DNA from: an uncultured delta proteobacterium
GTDB taxonomy: Bacteria; Myxococcota_A; Polyangia; Polyangiales; B10-G4
Direction: 5' to 3'
DNA: 64,000 nt
NCBI GenBank assembly: GCA_963727445.1
Contig: CAVSGI010000021.1
Coordinates: 416,001 to 480,000 of the forward strand
Below the pieces are notes generated by a model. It worked only from the letters and a program-made list of their open reading frames with translations. It did not search any database and was not told the DNA's origin. Positions within the stretch are counted from its first letter, which is position 1, and the number at the start of each line of letters is the position of its first letter. The position numbers were made by a program, and so were the translations under genes. This document shows, piece after piece, positions 23,569 to 34,800 of the stretch.

Positions 23569-24726
23569 ATGAAGCAGCCACGCCTCGTTGCGCTCGCCCT
23601 CTGTGTCCTCCTCTCCGCCTGCATGAGCCCGCCCGAGACCGCCGGTGAGAGCCGCGCCGCGATCATCGACGGCCGGCCTGCGAGTGCGATGGACGTGGAC
23701 GCGACGGTGGCGCTGATGCAGGGCGGCTATCCGGTGTGCACGGGCACGCTGGTCACGCCGCGGGTGGTGATCACCGCAGCCCACTGCGTCCGTTCCACCG
23801 CCGATGACATCACCTATGGGCCGACGATCTCCCCTTCGGACGTCACGGTGGTCGCGGGCGCCCTCGACGCGATGACGGCGACCGCGGACCAGACCTACGA
23901 GGTCGCGCAGGTCTGGGCCAACATGGACTTCCCCGTCGAGAGCGGGGGAGTCGGGGAACAGGATGTGGGCGCGCTGCTCCTGTCGCACGACGTCACCAAC
24001 CTGACGCCGGCCCCGATCCTCGACCCGAGCCAGCTCGACGTGGAGCTGACCCCGGATCGCATGATGCGCATCGCCGGGTACGGCACCACCGATCGCGCTG
24101 GATACGGCGAGAACACCCGCTTGAACGTCGGGGCGTTGCCCTTCGTCTCTCACACCGCCGACGAGCTCACGGGCGGTCTGCCCAACGGCGTGGACACCTG
24201 CTACGGAGACTCGGGCGGCCCGGCCTACGTCGACACCGCGGAAGGAACGCGCGTCGTCGGCATCACCTCGCGCGGCGTCGACCCCTACAGCGAAGCCTGC
24301 GACTCGGGCACCATCTTCACCCTGGCGCCGGCCTTCGCGACCATGATCGCCGACGCCCTCGGTGAGTCCGTGACTGGCGACGCGTCCACGACGCCGTCTG
24401 GGTCGACGCCGCCGACCGGCACCGATCCAGAGGGGTCCTCCACCGGCTCGACTCCCTCGACTCCCGGCGCGCCCATGGAGCCGGCCAGCCCCGCGCCCGG
24501 CGCCTCCCCGTCCACCGACTCGGGCCCGATGGTCTCCCATCCGCTGACCGGTGGTTGCTCCTCCACCGGCGCCGGGTCTCCGGGTGGCTTCGCTTCCGTG
24601 CTGGCGCTCGCGCTCCTGCTCCTCGCCTGGCGTCGTCGCGCCATCCACCCACCTCGAGCTCGCGAGCGTATCAGCGGGCGTCGCCCCGAGCGACGAGGTC
24701 GAGGCATAGCGCGGCGCTCCAGGTGA
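23569..24726 (+). CDS. Trypsin-like S1 serine protease with MYXO-CTERM-like anchor
   Basis: TAAHC, D, GDSGGP triad; S/T/P linker; GGCSS...hydrophobic helix...WRRR. Confidence 0.9.
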   Translation: MKQPRLVALALCVLLSACMSPPETAGESRAAIIDGRPASAMDVDATVALMQGGYPVCTGTLVTPRVVITAAHCVRSTADDITYGPTISPSDVTVVAGALDAMTATADQTYEVAQVWANMDFPVESGGVGEQDVGALLLSHDVTNLTPAPILDPSQLDVELTPDRMMRIAGYGTTDRAGYGENTRLNVGALPFVSHTADELTGGLPNGVDTCYGDSGGPAYVDTAEGTRVVGITSRGVDPYSEACDSGTIFTLAPAFATMIADALGESVTGDASTTPSGSTPPTGTDPEGSSTGSTPSTPGAPMEPASPAPGASPSTDSGPMVSHPLTGGCSSTGAGSPGGFASVLALALLLLAWRRRAIHPPRARERISGRRPERRGRGIARRSR

Positions 24727-25874
24727 AGTCCTCGCCCCCGAGCCCTTCGCCGGTCTGCGCGTCGAAGTACTCGTAGAAGCCCGCCTCGCGTACGAGGTCC
24801 ACCGTCTTCTGTGCGAGGTCGCCGCCGACTGCATCGACGAGGAGCCAGTTGGTGTTGATCCAGGTCGGTCCCCGCCAGTAACGACGCGGTTCGAAGGCGG
24901 GGTCGAGCGGGGACGTGGACGGATAGGGGTGCCTTGCGTCGAAGCGCGCCTCGAGGCCGGCGCGAAGGCGCGCGGCGCGCGCATCGTCGAGGCCAGCGAA
25001 GAGCGGCGCATAGCCGCCGATCACGTCGGCGGTGATCACCTCGTCGGCGCGGGCGTCGTGATAGACGAAGCGGCCCAGCTCCTCGCTCCACAGATGATCG
25101 ACGAGGCCGGCGCGGAGCGCTTCGGCTCGGCGCCCGGCGTCGCTCTCGACGCTGGCGCGCGCCGCGAGACAGGCGAGGTCCTCCTCGGCGCGGGCGAGGA
25201 TGGCCGTGATGAGCGGGTCGTAGACGGCGAAGGGGCCGATACCGAAACCGTCGCGCGCGATCGCTTTCACGATGCACGCGTACTGCACGTACTGCGTGTC
25301 GGTGGGCCGCTGTCCGGAGTCGCCCACCACGTGTGTGTCCCGGCGCTCGAAGGTGGGCGCGTTGGAGGTGTCGACGCGGCTCATCGGTCCGTCCCACACG
25401 GGGCAATTGTCGAGGCCGCTCTCCCAGGGGTGGGCGATGGCGATCGCGCCGACCTTCAGGGGATCGCGCGCCTCGTGAAACCAACGGTGGGACGCATCGA
25501 TCTTCGGCACGAGGGTCTTCAGGCGCGACTCGTCGCCCGTGATGTCGACCATCCGCCGCACGCACGTCGCCCACACCGGGGGCTGGCTGATGCTGGTGGT
25601 CCACTCCGTCTGCCAGAAATCGGGGCCGGGGAAGTAGTCCGCGTCCCGGTCGTGGAAGAGAATGTGGGGGACGCGGCCGTCCTCCCACTGACCGCTCATC
25701 AGCGTTTCGATCTCCAGCCAGGCGCGCGCTCGGGTCGAACCACGCCCAACCGATGGCGGCGAAGGCGCTGTCCCACGCCCACTGGTGTGGGTAGAGGCGC
25801 GGCGAAGGGACGGTGTATTTCCCCCGGTCGTTTCCCCGGAGGATGGCTTCACACGAGGAGCGAAAGGAGCTCAC
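24671..25874 (-). CDS. GH63-like (mannosylglycerate/glucosylglycerate hydrolase-like) glycosidase (frameshift near 25735)
   Basis: YPHQWAWDSAF, QPPV, HPWESGLDN, YWRGPTW, FYEYF, FTWSAA. Confidence 0.85.
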
Positions 25875-27472
25875 GGCTGTACCCCGCGATGAGGAGGATG
25901 GCGAAGAAGTAGAGGATCAACAGGGCGTAGGTGGGGATCCACTGCTTCTCCCGCTCTGGGATGTCGGAGAAGGAGAGGGTGGTGCGGGCGAGCTTGTCCG
26001 GATGGGGCGCCACGGTGAAGCGGCTCGCCACCAGGGTGAAGGCGATGGCGACCACCAGGCCGCTCAGGTTCCACCACATCCAGTAGAGGTGCTCGTCGAA
26101 GACGAGCCACAGCACCACGTTGGTGAGGACACCCACGAAGACGCCGCCGATCATCGCCGGGCCGGTCGAGCGCTTGGCGAGGATGCCGGTGAGGAACGCC
26201 GCGAGGATGGGCCCGTAGAAGAAGGCGCCGAGCTTGTTGATGCCCTCGACCACCGTGTCGCTGATGCCGCCGACGAAGAAGGCGAAGCCGGTCATGGCGA
26301 CGCCCCACAGGACGGTGGTGATCTTGCCGTAGCGAAGCATGCGCTTCTGCTTCACGCCGTCGTCGTCGTCTCCGGCGAGGGCGTAGGGCTCGACGAAGTC
26401 GCGCATCGTCGCGGCCGACAGTGAGTTGAGCGCCGAGTCGAGGCTGCTCATGGCCGCCGAGAGGATGGCGGCGAAGATGAGCCCGGTGAGCCCCGCCGGC
26501 AGGTGCAGGAGCACGAAGGCCGGGACCAGGTAGTCGAGGTGGTCGGCGGGAACCGCCGCGCGGAGCTCGGCGGACTCGACGTAGGCAGCGCCGAGGGCCA
26601 GACCCATCAGCACGTAGAGGACGGTGAGCGGGAAGCGCATCAATCCGTTGAAGACGAGGGAGCGCTTGGTATCGGCGGTGGTGGGAGCGGAGAGCTCCCG
26701 TTGCGCCTGGCTCTGATCGACGCCGTAGTAGCTGATGTAGAGGACGAAGCCTCCAGCGAGGAAGCCCCACATCGGCGCGCCGGCTTGGTCGCCGATGCCG
26801 TGTCCTTCGCCGAGGCCGGTGAGGCGCTCGGGCTCGAAGCTGTCGAGGATCGCTTTGAAGCCGCCCGACCGTGTCCATCGCATACCAGACGCAACCGACG
26901 AGGCCGGCCATCAGCACCAGCATCTGGATCACGTCCGACCAGACCACCGCGGCCATGCCGCCCAGCGTGTCGTAGAAGACCGTCACCGCGCCGATCACGA
27001 CGATGCACGCCCAGATCGGCAGCCCGATGCAGACGTTCACCACCACCGCGCTGGCGTAGACGCCCACGCCGGTGGCGAGGCCGCGGCTGATCAGGAACAC
27101 CGCGCTCATCACCAGGCGCGTCGCCCGGTCGAAGCGCATCTCGAGGTACTCGTAGACGCTGACCAGCTCCAGATCGCGAAAGAAGGGGATCAGGAAGATC
27201 ATCACTACGATCATCGCCAGGGGGACCGCGAGCTCGTACTGGAGCCAGGTCAGGCCGCCGCCTTCTTTCAGCGCCACGTAAGCAGGGATACCGATGAAGC
27301 TGTTGGCCGAGGTCTGGGTGGCCATGGTGGAGACCGCCACGGCCCACCACGGCAGGTTTCGACCGCCTACGTAGTAGTCCTCGGCGCTCTCCTGGCCGCG
27401 CGACAGCCACACGGCGAGGCCGACCATCGACGTGAGGTAGGTGACCAGCACGATCCAGTCGAGCGTCGCCAT
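25849..27472 (-). CDS. Sodium:solute symporter (SSS) (frameshift near 26870)
   Basis: YYVGGRNLPWW, SVYEYLEMRF, GGMAAVVWSD, DQSQAQR, AAMSSLDS. Confidence 0.9.
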
Positions 27473-27536
27473 CAACGGCCGTATAACACGACGCTCTCGA
27501 TCCCGGACCCCTGGCCCCTGTATGCTCTGTCCCGCG

Positions 27537-28400
27537 ATGTCGTGGTTCGGACGCAAAGTCGCGCGGCTACCAGCGGAGGGGGTGCTGATTTCGGCGACCG
27601 ATCTGCAGGGCAACCTCAAGGACTACCGCGCGCTCAAGTCGATCTACGAGCGCGAGGAAGCGGAGGGCAACGAGCCCTTCCTGCTGCTCTGCGGTGATCT
27701 GGTGCACGGCCCCGGTCCCGATCTCGCAGATCCCCGCTCCTGGCCCGAACACCTGGGGACGCACTACCTCGACCGATCGGCAGAGCTGCTCATCGACTTC
27801 GAGCATTGGTCGAAAGAGCATCGGGCGACGGCGCTCCTCGGCAATCACGAGCACGCACACATCGGCGGACCCAAGGTCAGCAAGTTCCACACGGACGAGG
27901 CCGCCGTTCTCGACGCCACGCTCGGTTCGCACAAGGCGCGGATGCACGACTTCATCCGCACCTTCCCCCTCATCGCGGCCTCCCCGGCCGGCGCGGTCTT
28001 CACCCACGGCGCCCCGCGCATGACCGAGGCCTCCCTCGAAGACTTCGACAAGCTCCGCTACGACGGATTCGACGACATCGACATCGGTGAGATGTACCGC
28101 AGCGGCACCGTGGGCGCGCTGCTGTGGGCGCGCGGCGCGAGCTCGGAGAACGCGCGAGCGCTTCTCGAGGCGACGAGCATGGACGATCAGCCGGCCGCCT
28201 TCGTCGGCTACGGTCACGACGTGGTGCCGGAGGGATACGAAAAGGTCGGCGCCGAGCAGATCTGCTTTTCGACCTCCTTCGGGCTCTTCGACGCCGACAA
28301 GGTGTATCTTCGCCTCGACTTGAGCAGGCGTTACGAGAGCGTTCACGACCTGAGGGATGGCGTCGAGATCCTCCCTCTCTACCCGGAAGCCACGCGTTGA
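27537..28400 (+). CDS. Calcineurin-like metallophosphoesterase
   Basis: TDLQGN, GDLVHG, GNHE, HG, GH motifs. Confidence 0.8.
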   Translation: MSWFGRKVARLPAEGVLISATDLQGNLKDYRALKSIYEREEAEGNEPFLLLCGDLVHGPGPDLADPRSWPEHLGTHYLDRSAELLIDFEHWSKEHRATALLGNHEHAHIGGPKVSKFHTDEAAVLDATLGSHKARMHDFIRTFPLIAASPAGAVFTHGAPRMTEASLEDFDKLRYDGFDDIDIGEMYRSGTVGALLWARGASSENARALLEATSMDDQPAAFVGYGHDVVPEGYEKVGAEQICFSTSFGLFDADKVYLRLDLSRRYESVHDLRDGVEILPLYPEATR

Positions 28401-28801
28401 TGGCAGCGGTCCCCGAAGCGGTGGTGGAGAAGGTGGTTCAGTCGGTGTCGAAGCGCCTCTCGGATCCGAACTACGCGCAGGTGGCGGTCGGCACCTTCGT
28501 CCAGACCTTCCCCGACGTCAGTCGCTTCATCACCGCGCACGCCGACGACCTCGGCGGCGGCGAAGCGGTGATCCACGTCGTCTTCCACGCCCAGGTGCTG
28601 GCGGAAGTCTTCGAGACGCATCGCAAGCGGGCGCCGAACGAGATCGGCTTCGGCGAGCTGGATCAGGCTGCACGGGGAGACGTGGAGAAGAGCTTCGCGA
28701 AGGCCGAGCCCGCGCTGTCGAGTTACGTCGCCAGCAACGTCGATGACGCCGCGGTCCGCAAGCTGCTCGCCCACATCGGGCTGGCCCTCGCGGCCGCCTG
28801 A
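28400..28801 (+). CDS. Hypothetical protein
   Basis: TGATG coupling to the upstream gene; typical codon usage. Confidence 0.7.
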   Translation: MAAVPEAVVEKVVQSVSKRLSDPNYAQVAVGTFVQTFPDVSRFITAHADDLGGGEAVIHVVFHAQVLAEVFETHRKRAPNEIGFGELDQAARGDVEKSFAKAEPALSSYVASNVDDAAVRKLLAHIGLALAAA

Positions 28802-28817
28802 GCGCTCCCGAGTCCAC

Positions 28818-29360
28818 TCAAGGCGTGGCGGCCTCCTCCTGGGGGAGGAGCAGGTCTTCGAGAAAGAACGCCGAGAGCTCGCTCCGGCCCGAGAGGTTGC
28901 CTTTGCGGTACACCGCCCGGGCCTGATCGCGCGCCGTGCGCTCACTCGTGCCCCGGACGTCGGCCACCTCCTTGAGGCTCAGGCCCTTGAGCAGGAGCAG
29001 GCCCACCTCCCGCTCGGCGGGGGTGAGCTCCCAGCGATCGAATTGGCCGTCGATGGCCTCGCCCAGACCTCGCAGGGCATGCTCGGCCTCCTTCCGCCAG
29101 CGGGTGGCCTCGGCCCGGCTCTGGGAGAGGTCCCGGGCCAGGGCACCAATCCGCCGTTCGCGACGGCGGAGCATCCCCGTCAGGACCGACCCGATGGTCA
29201 CGAAGGCCGCGAGCTCGAGCACCATGTGGGCGGGGTGGGCCCCCTCCAGCCAGTCGGTGATGAGGTCCACGACGATGAGGAGGGACACGGCCCCGAGCGC
29301 GAAGGTCCACCAGCGAGCAGGGGAGCGGACATCATCGCCGACAGCCACGGAGGCAGTCAT
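28818..29360 (-). CDS. Membrane-anchored LuxR-family regulator
   Basis: Two N-terminal TM helices; LTPAEREVGLLLLKGLSLKEVA...SERT...VYRK HTH. Confidence 0.9.
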   Translation of the reverse strand: MTASVAVGDDVRSPARWWTFALGAVSLLIVVDLITDWLEGAHPAHMVLELAAFVTIGSVLTGMLRRRERRIGALARDLSQSRAEATRWRKEAEHALRGLGEAIDGQFDRWELTPAEREVGLLLLKGLSLKEVADVRGTSERTARDQARAVYRKGNLSGRSELSAFFLEDLLLPQEEAATP

Positions 29361-29409
29361 AGCAGGTCGTCATGGCCCCCGACCACCATTCGTCACCCTC
29401 GTCGGCACC

Positions 29410-29466
29410 GGTGTCGGTGTACCGACACCCTGCGGCGTAGTCACGAGATCACTGATCTTATCGTGA
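29410..29466. promoter_or_regulatory. Inverted repeats in the divergent luxR/RND promoter
   Basis: ggtgtcggt-gt-accgacacc (29410-29429) and tcacgagatca-c-tgatcttatcgtga (29441-29466). Confidence 0.45.
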
Positions 29467-29535
29467 AGTACGTCGGACGTCGGATGGAGAATGGAGAGGC
29501 GAGAGCGCATCAGGGGGATACGTCGGACCCAAGCC

Positions 29536-30807
29536 ATGTCCCTTCGCTCACCCGCCACTCTCCTCGTCTCGTTGAGCCTGTCCCTGGCCTCGCCGGCCCA
29601 CGCTCAGGACCGTAGCTCGGTCACGGTGAGCTTCGACCAGGCCCTCGATCTGGGTGGCCGCACGCCCACGACCCGCGGCGAGCGACGCGCCCTCGAAGCA
29701 CGCCGCCGAGGAGACGAGGGCATCGGCGGGACCGCGCAGGCAACCCAGCTGACGGTCATGCCCGGGGCCACGCTGGCACCTTCGCAGGGTCGTGGCTTCG
29801 AGCTTCAAATCAACGCGACCCAGGGATGGAACCTGGGGGGTCTGGGCCACGCCCGCCGGAGGGCCGCGGCCGAGGAGCGGCAGGCGCTCACGGCGGATAT
29901 CCGGCTCCAGGCGCTGCGCGCGCGACTCGAGGCGGCGCGGTGGTGGCTCGCGCTCCGAACCCTCGAGCGCGTCGACGCCTCCCTCGAGGCCCAGGAGGCG
30001 GTGGTGCGGCAGGAGGTGAGCGCGACCGAGCGAGGCGTGGCGGCGGGGGTGCGGACAGCCCCCGAGCTCGCCGAAGCGCAGGCGCTCGTGGCGCGTCTCG
30101 CACAGGAGCGCCTGATGGTGGAGGGCGAGCGCTTCGACGCGTCCACCGAGCTCGCCGCGGCGATGGGTACCTCGCCTCCCCGCGCTGGCGCGCCGTTGAT
30201 CACCGAGGGCCCCGACCCCACACCCCAGCTGCCGGCGCTCTCCACCGTGCGCTCGCGGATCGCCTCCCTCGACGACCTGCCCGAGGTGGCCGCGGCGCGC
30301 CTCGCGGAGACCGCGGCGCGCGCGCGCGAGGCGGAGGTGTCGGCGCAGTACGCGCCCGTGTTTCAAGCCGGCGTACAGGTCGAGCGTACGGCGTCCGATG
30401 CGTGGGTGCTCTACGGCGTCCTCGGCGCGAGCTACGCCATGTTCGGTCAGGGCGATCGCGCGCGCTCGCTTTCGCGCGCGGAGACGGAGCGCGCCGCGGG
30501 GGCCACCGAAGCGGCGCGCGTGGGTGCGGCGAGCGCGCTCGCCCGCGCGATGCACGAGGTCGAGCACTCCCGGCAGACAGTCGCCTCGCTCAGGAACGAG
30601 CTCTTGCCGTCGCTCGCTGCCGCGCTCGAGCGACGGACGCGCGCGCTCGCGCTCGGCGAGGAGACGACCTTCGCGGTGATGAACGCGAGGAGACGCGTCC
30701 TCGAAGCGCGCACGACGCTCGAGCGGGCCGAGGGCGCCGCGCTCTGGGCCGAGGTGCACCTGTGGTTGCTCCTCGCCGAGCTCGAACAGGGAAGGGCGCG
30801 GACATGA
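29536..30807 (+). CDS. TolC/CzcC-family outer membrane efflux protein
   Basis: Signal peptide, helical OEP pattern, first gene of the RND operon. Confidence 0.75.
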   Translation: MSLRSPATLLVSLSLSLASPAHAQDRSSVTVSFDQALDLGGRTPTTRGERRALEARRRGDEGIGGTAQATQLTVMPGATLAPSQGRGFELQINATQGWNLGGLGHARRRAAAEERQALTADIRLQALRARLEAARWWLALRTLERVDASLEAQEAVVRQEVSATERGVAAGVRTAPELAEAQALVARLAQERLMVEGERFDASTELAAAMGTSPPRAGAPLITEGPDPTPQLPALSTVRSRIASLDDLPEVAAARLAETAARAREAEVSAQYAPVFQAGVQVERTASDAWVLYGVLGASYAMFGQGDRARSLSRAETERAAGATEAARVGAASALARAMHEVEHSRQTVASLRNELLPSLAAALERRTRALALGEETTFAVMNARRRVLEARTTLERAEGAALWAEVHLWLLLAELEQGRART

Positions 30808-31892
30808 GGCGCGCCGCGAACGCCTGCGCGCTGCTCGTCGCCGTCTCGCTCTGGGCCTGCGGTGGCAAAGACGAGGAGGCCATCGCGCCGCTCCCCGAAG
30901 GCGCGAGCAGCGCGGTCACGCGCTGGATCCCGGTGGGGCATCCCGAGGACGAGGGCCTGCTCGAGGCGCCCGCGATCGTCCGCGCCGGGGCCGACGCGCG
31001 CGGAGAGGTCGGCACCACGGTCTCGGCGCGGGTCGCTCGGGTGCACGTTCGTGTCGGCGAGGTGGTGGCGGCGGGCAATCCGGTGGTGGAGGTCGCGGCG
31101 CCCTCGCTGGTGGACGCGGCTTCGGCGCACGTCGGCGCGAGCCGGCGTCTCGCGGTTCACGCGGCCCGCGCCGAAGAGCTCAGAGCGATGCGTGAGGAGG
31201 GGCTCGTCCGGCGCTCCGACGTCTTCGAGCAGGAGGCGCTGGTCGCCGACCTCCGCGCGGCCCGCGATCGGGCGGCGGCGACGCTGTCGGCGGCGGGGCT
31301 CGAGCCGCGGCAGGCGGCGGCCATCGCGCGCACCGGCAGAGTCGTGCTTCGCGCGCCGGTGGCTGGTGTCGTGACCGCCGTCGACGCGCGCCTGGGGGAG
31401 ATCCGGGAGCCCGGGGCCGGGCCCCTCGCGCGCATCGCCGGCACGGGCGAGGTGCGCGTCGAGGTGCGCACCTCCGAATCCTGGCCCGATGACGGGACGC
31501 CGACCTTCGTCGGCAGCGACGGCGCGTCGATCGCGCTCCTGTCGGCGCCGCTGTCGCGGACCGTCGATCCCGACGACGGAACGCGCATCGCCTGGTACGC
31601 GCCGGCCGACGAGTCGGTGCGTCTCGCCGACGGCCTCCGCGGCGTCGTGCGCCTGTCGAACGTCCGCGGCGCCTGGGAGGTGCCGGTGGACGCGGTGGAG
31701 GTGCGAAGCGGCCGCACGGTGCTGGTGCGGCGCCGCGACGGCGCCGCATCCGCCGTCGAGGTTCAGGTCGTGAGCTCCTCGGGCGCCACCGCGTGGGTGC
31801 GCGCCAACCCCGAAGATCGCTTGGGCGAAGGTGATGAGGTGGCAGCGGATCTCGCGCGCTACCGCCGCGGCGAAGGGAGCGCGGCGCGGTGA
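30804..31892 (+). CDS. RND membrane fusion protein (CzcB-like)
   Basis: Lipobox LWAC; VHVRVGEVVAAG and LRAPVAGVV lipoyl halves. Confidence 0.85.
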   Translation: MRRAANACALLVAVSLWACGGKDEEAIAPLPEGASSAVTRWIPVGHPEDEGLLEAPAIVRAGADARGEVGTTVSARVARVHVRVGEVVAAGNPVVEVAAPSLVDAASAHVGASRRLAVHAARAEELRAMREEGLVRRSDVFEQEALVADLRAARDRAAATLSAAGLEPRQAAAIARTGRVVLRAPVAGVVTAVDARLGEIREPGAGPLARIAGTGEVRVEVRTSESWPDDGTPTFVGSDGASIALLSAPLSRTVDPDDGTRIAWYAPADESVRLADGLRGVVRLSNVRGAWEVPVDAVEVRSGRTVLVRRRDGAASAVEVQVVSSSGATAWVRANPEDRLGEGDEVAADLARYRRGEGSAAR

Positions 31893-34800
31893 TCAAGCGG
31901 ATCGTCGGAGCGGCGGTCGAGCACGACAAGCTCGTGCCATCCCTGGTGATCCTCGCCGCCATCGGCGCGTCGATCGCGGGCGCCTGGCTTCGCTTCGACG
32001 CGCTCCCCGATGTGACCGGCCGGCAGGTGGTGATCCTGACCCGCGCCCCCGGCCTCACTCCGGAAGAGGTGGAGCGTCTGGTCACCCGCCCGGTCGAGCT
32101 GTCGCTCTCCGGCGTCCCTGGCGTGCGAAGCCAGCGCAGCATCTCGCGCTACGGCCTCTCCTCGGTCACCGCGCTCTTCGGGGAGAACGAGAAGCTCCTC
32201 GAGGCGCGCCAGCTCGTTCAGGAGCGGCTCCGCAGCGTCGCGTCGCAGATGCCCGAAGGGGTGGAGGCGCCCGAGCTCGGACCGCTCACCGGCGGCCTGG
32301 GCGAGATCTACCAGCTCACCCTCAGCTCGCCCGACCGCACCCCCGCCGAGCTGCGCGAGCTCGCGAGCCTGCGGGTCGCGCCGCTGCTCGCGAGCGTTCC
32401 AGGCGTGGTCGAGGTCAACTCCTGGGGCGGTGAGCAACGCACCCTCGACGTGGTCGCCGATCCGGAGCGGATGGCGTCGCGTCGCGTCACCCTCGCGGAG
32501 CTGAGCGAGGCGGTGCGCGCGGCCACCGGGCAGGTGGCGGGCGCGCGGATCGAGACGGGCGCCGCTGGCGTGCTGCTGCGCGGCGTGTCCTGGCCGCGGG
32601 AGCCGTCGGAGCTCGCGGCGGCGGTGGTGCGCACCGAGCCCGACGGGGCGACGATCCGGGTCGGCGACGTGGCAGACGTCGAGGCCGGCGCGCTGCCGCG
32701 CATCGGCGCGGCCACCGCCGACGGTCGGGGCGAGACGCTCTACCTGATGGTGCAGATGCTCCTCGACGCGAACGCGCTCGAGGTGCTCCGCGGTGTCCAC
32801 GCGAAGCTGGAGGACGTCCGACAGGTCCTGCCCGCGGACGTCACGCTCCGCGAGGTCTACGACCGGGGTGACCTGGTGAACGCGACGCTGAAGACCGTCT
32901 TCACCAACCTCTTCGAGGGCGGCGTGCTCGTGGTGATCGTCCTCTTCTTGATGCTCGGGAGCTTCCGCGCGGGCGCCCTGGTTGCGTCGATCATCCCGCT
33001 CTCCATGCTCGGCGCCGTCACCGGGATGATCGTCTTCGACGTCCCCGGCAACCTGATGAGCCTAGGCGCCCTCGACTTCGGGCTCCTCGTCGACGGCGGA
33101 GTGGTGATGGTGGAGGCCGTCTTTCACGAGGTGCACGCGCGCGGCGGTCCGATCGGCGATCGGGTCCGCGAGTCGACGCGCAGCATGGCGCGCCCGGTCT
33201 TCTACTCGGTGTTGATCATCCTCCTGGTGTACGTGCCGATCCTCAGCCTCACCGGCGTCGAAGGACGCATGTTCCGGCCCATGGCCATCACCGTGGTGCT
33301 GGCCTTGATGAGCGCGCTGATCCTCTCGCTCACCTTCGTGCCGGCCGCCGCCCGGCTGATCCTACGCGCGAAGGACATCCCCGATCGCGAGCCGTGGCTC
33401 GTGCAGATGGCGAGCCGCCTCTATCACCCGGTGGTCGACTTCGCGCTCGTTCGGCCGCGATGGATCGCGGGCGCTGCGCTTCTGCTCCTCGGCCTCGGGG
33501 CGTTTCTCTTCTACCGCGCCGGCACGGCCTTCGTCCCCCAGCTCGATGAGGGTGACCTGGTGGTCCAGACCACCCGCGCTCCGGACATCTCCGTGCAGCA
33601 GGCCGTCGCCGAGAGCACGCGCATGGAGACGGCCGTCCTGGCGGTGCCCGAGGTGGAGCACGTCGCCTCGCGCATCGGAAGCCCCGCGGTGGCCACCGAC
33701 GTGATGGGCCTCGAGCAGTCGGACGTCTTCATCGACCTCGCGCCCCGCGACCGCTGGCGAGAGGGGCTCGACCGCGAGGCGCTCATCGCGGAGATCGGCG
33801 CGGCCATCGACGCGTCAGCGCCCGCCCAGGAGGTCGCTTTCACGCAGCCCATCCAGATGCGCTTCAACGAGCTGGTCGGTGGCAGCGTCACCGACGTGTC
33901 GGTGAGCCTCTTCGGTGAGGATCTGAGCGCGCTCTACGCATGGGCCGAAGAGGCCACGCGCGTCATCGAAGGGATCGAAGGCGCTCAGGATCCCCGCGTC
34001 CTCGCGCCACCCGACGTGGACGTGCTCGAGGTGCGCCCGCGGCCGCTCGGCGCGGCACGCGCACGCCTCAGGCCCGTGGACGTGCTCGCCCACGTTCAGG
34101 CGCTTCGCACCGGCGTGCCGGCGGGCGACACCTTCGATGGACCGCTCCGCATCCCGGTGCGTGTGCGCCTCGGCGCGCACGTCGACGCCCTGTCCCTCGA
34201 TCGCATGCCGGTGCCGACCGTCGACGGCTCGCTCCTGCCGCTGTCCTCGGTGGCCGAGGTCGACCGTCGGCCCTCGCCCTCCCTCGTCAACCGCGAGATG
34301 GCGCAGCGCCGGGTGGTGGTGGGCTTCGACGTGCGGGGTCGAGACCTGGGTTCGGTGGTCGAGGACGCGCGGCGCGCGGTCGGCGCCCTGCCGCGCCCCG
34401 AAGGGACGCGCGTCGCGTGGGGCGGGCAGTACGAGAGCCTGAAGAGCGCCCAGGCGCGGCTGGCGATCGTCATCCCCACGGTCCTCGGGATGATCTTCGC
34501 GCTGCTGCTGGCCCTCTTCCGCAGCTTTCGGCCGGCGCTGATCATCCTCTTGAACGTGCCCTTCGCCGCCGTCGGCGGGGTGATCGCCCTCAGCGTGCGC
34601 GGTCTGCCCATCTCGATCTCCGCGGCCATCGGCTTCATCGCCCTCAGCGGCATCGCGGTGCTCAACGGCGTCGTTCTGGTGAGCTCGCTCCGCGAAGAGG
34701 TGGCCGCGGGGCACACGCTCCGCGAAGCGGCGCGACGTGCGGCGCGCTCACGCATGCGTCCGGTCTTGATGACGGCGCTGGTCGCAGCGCTCGGTTTCGT

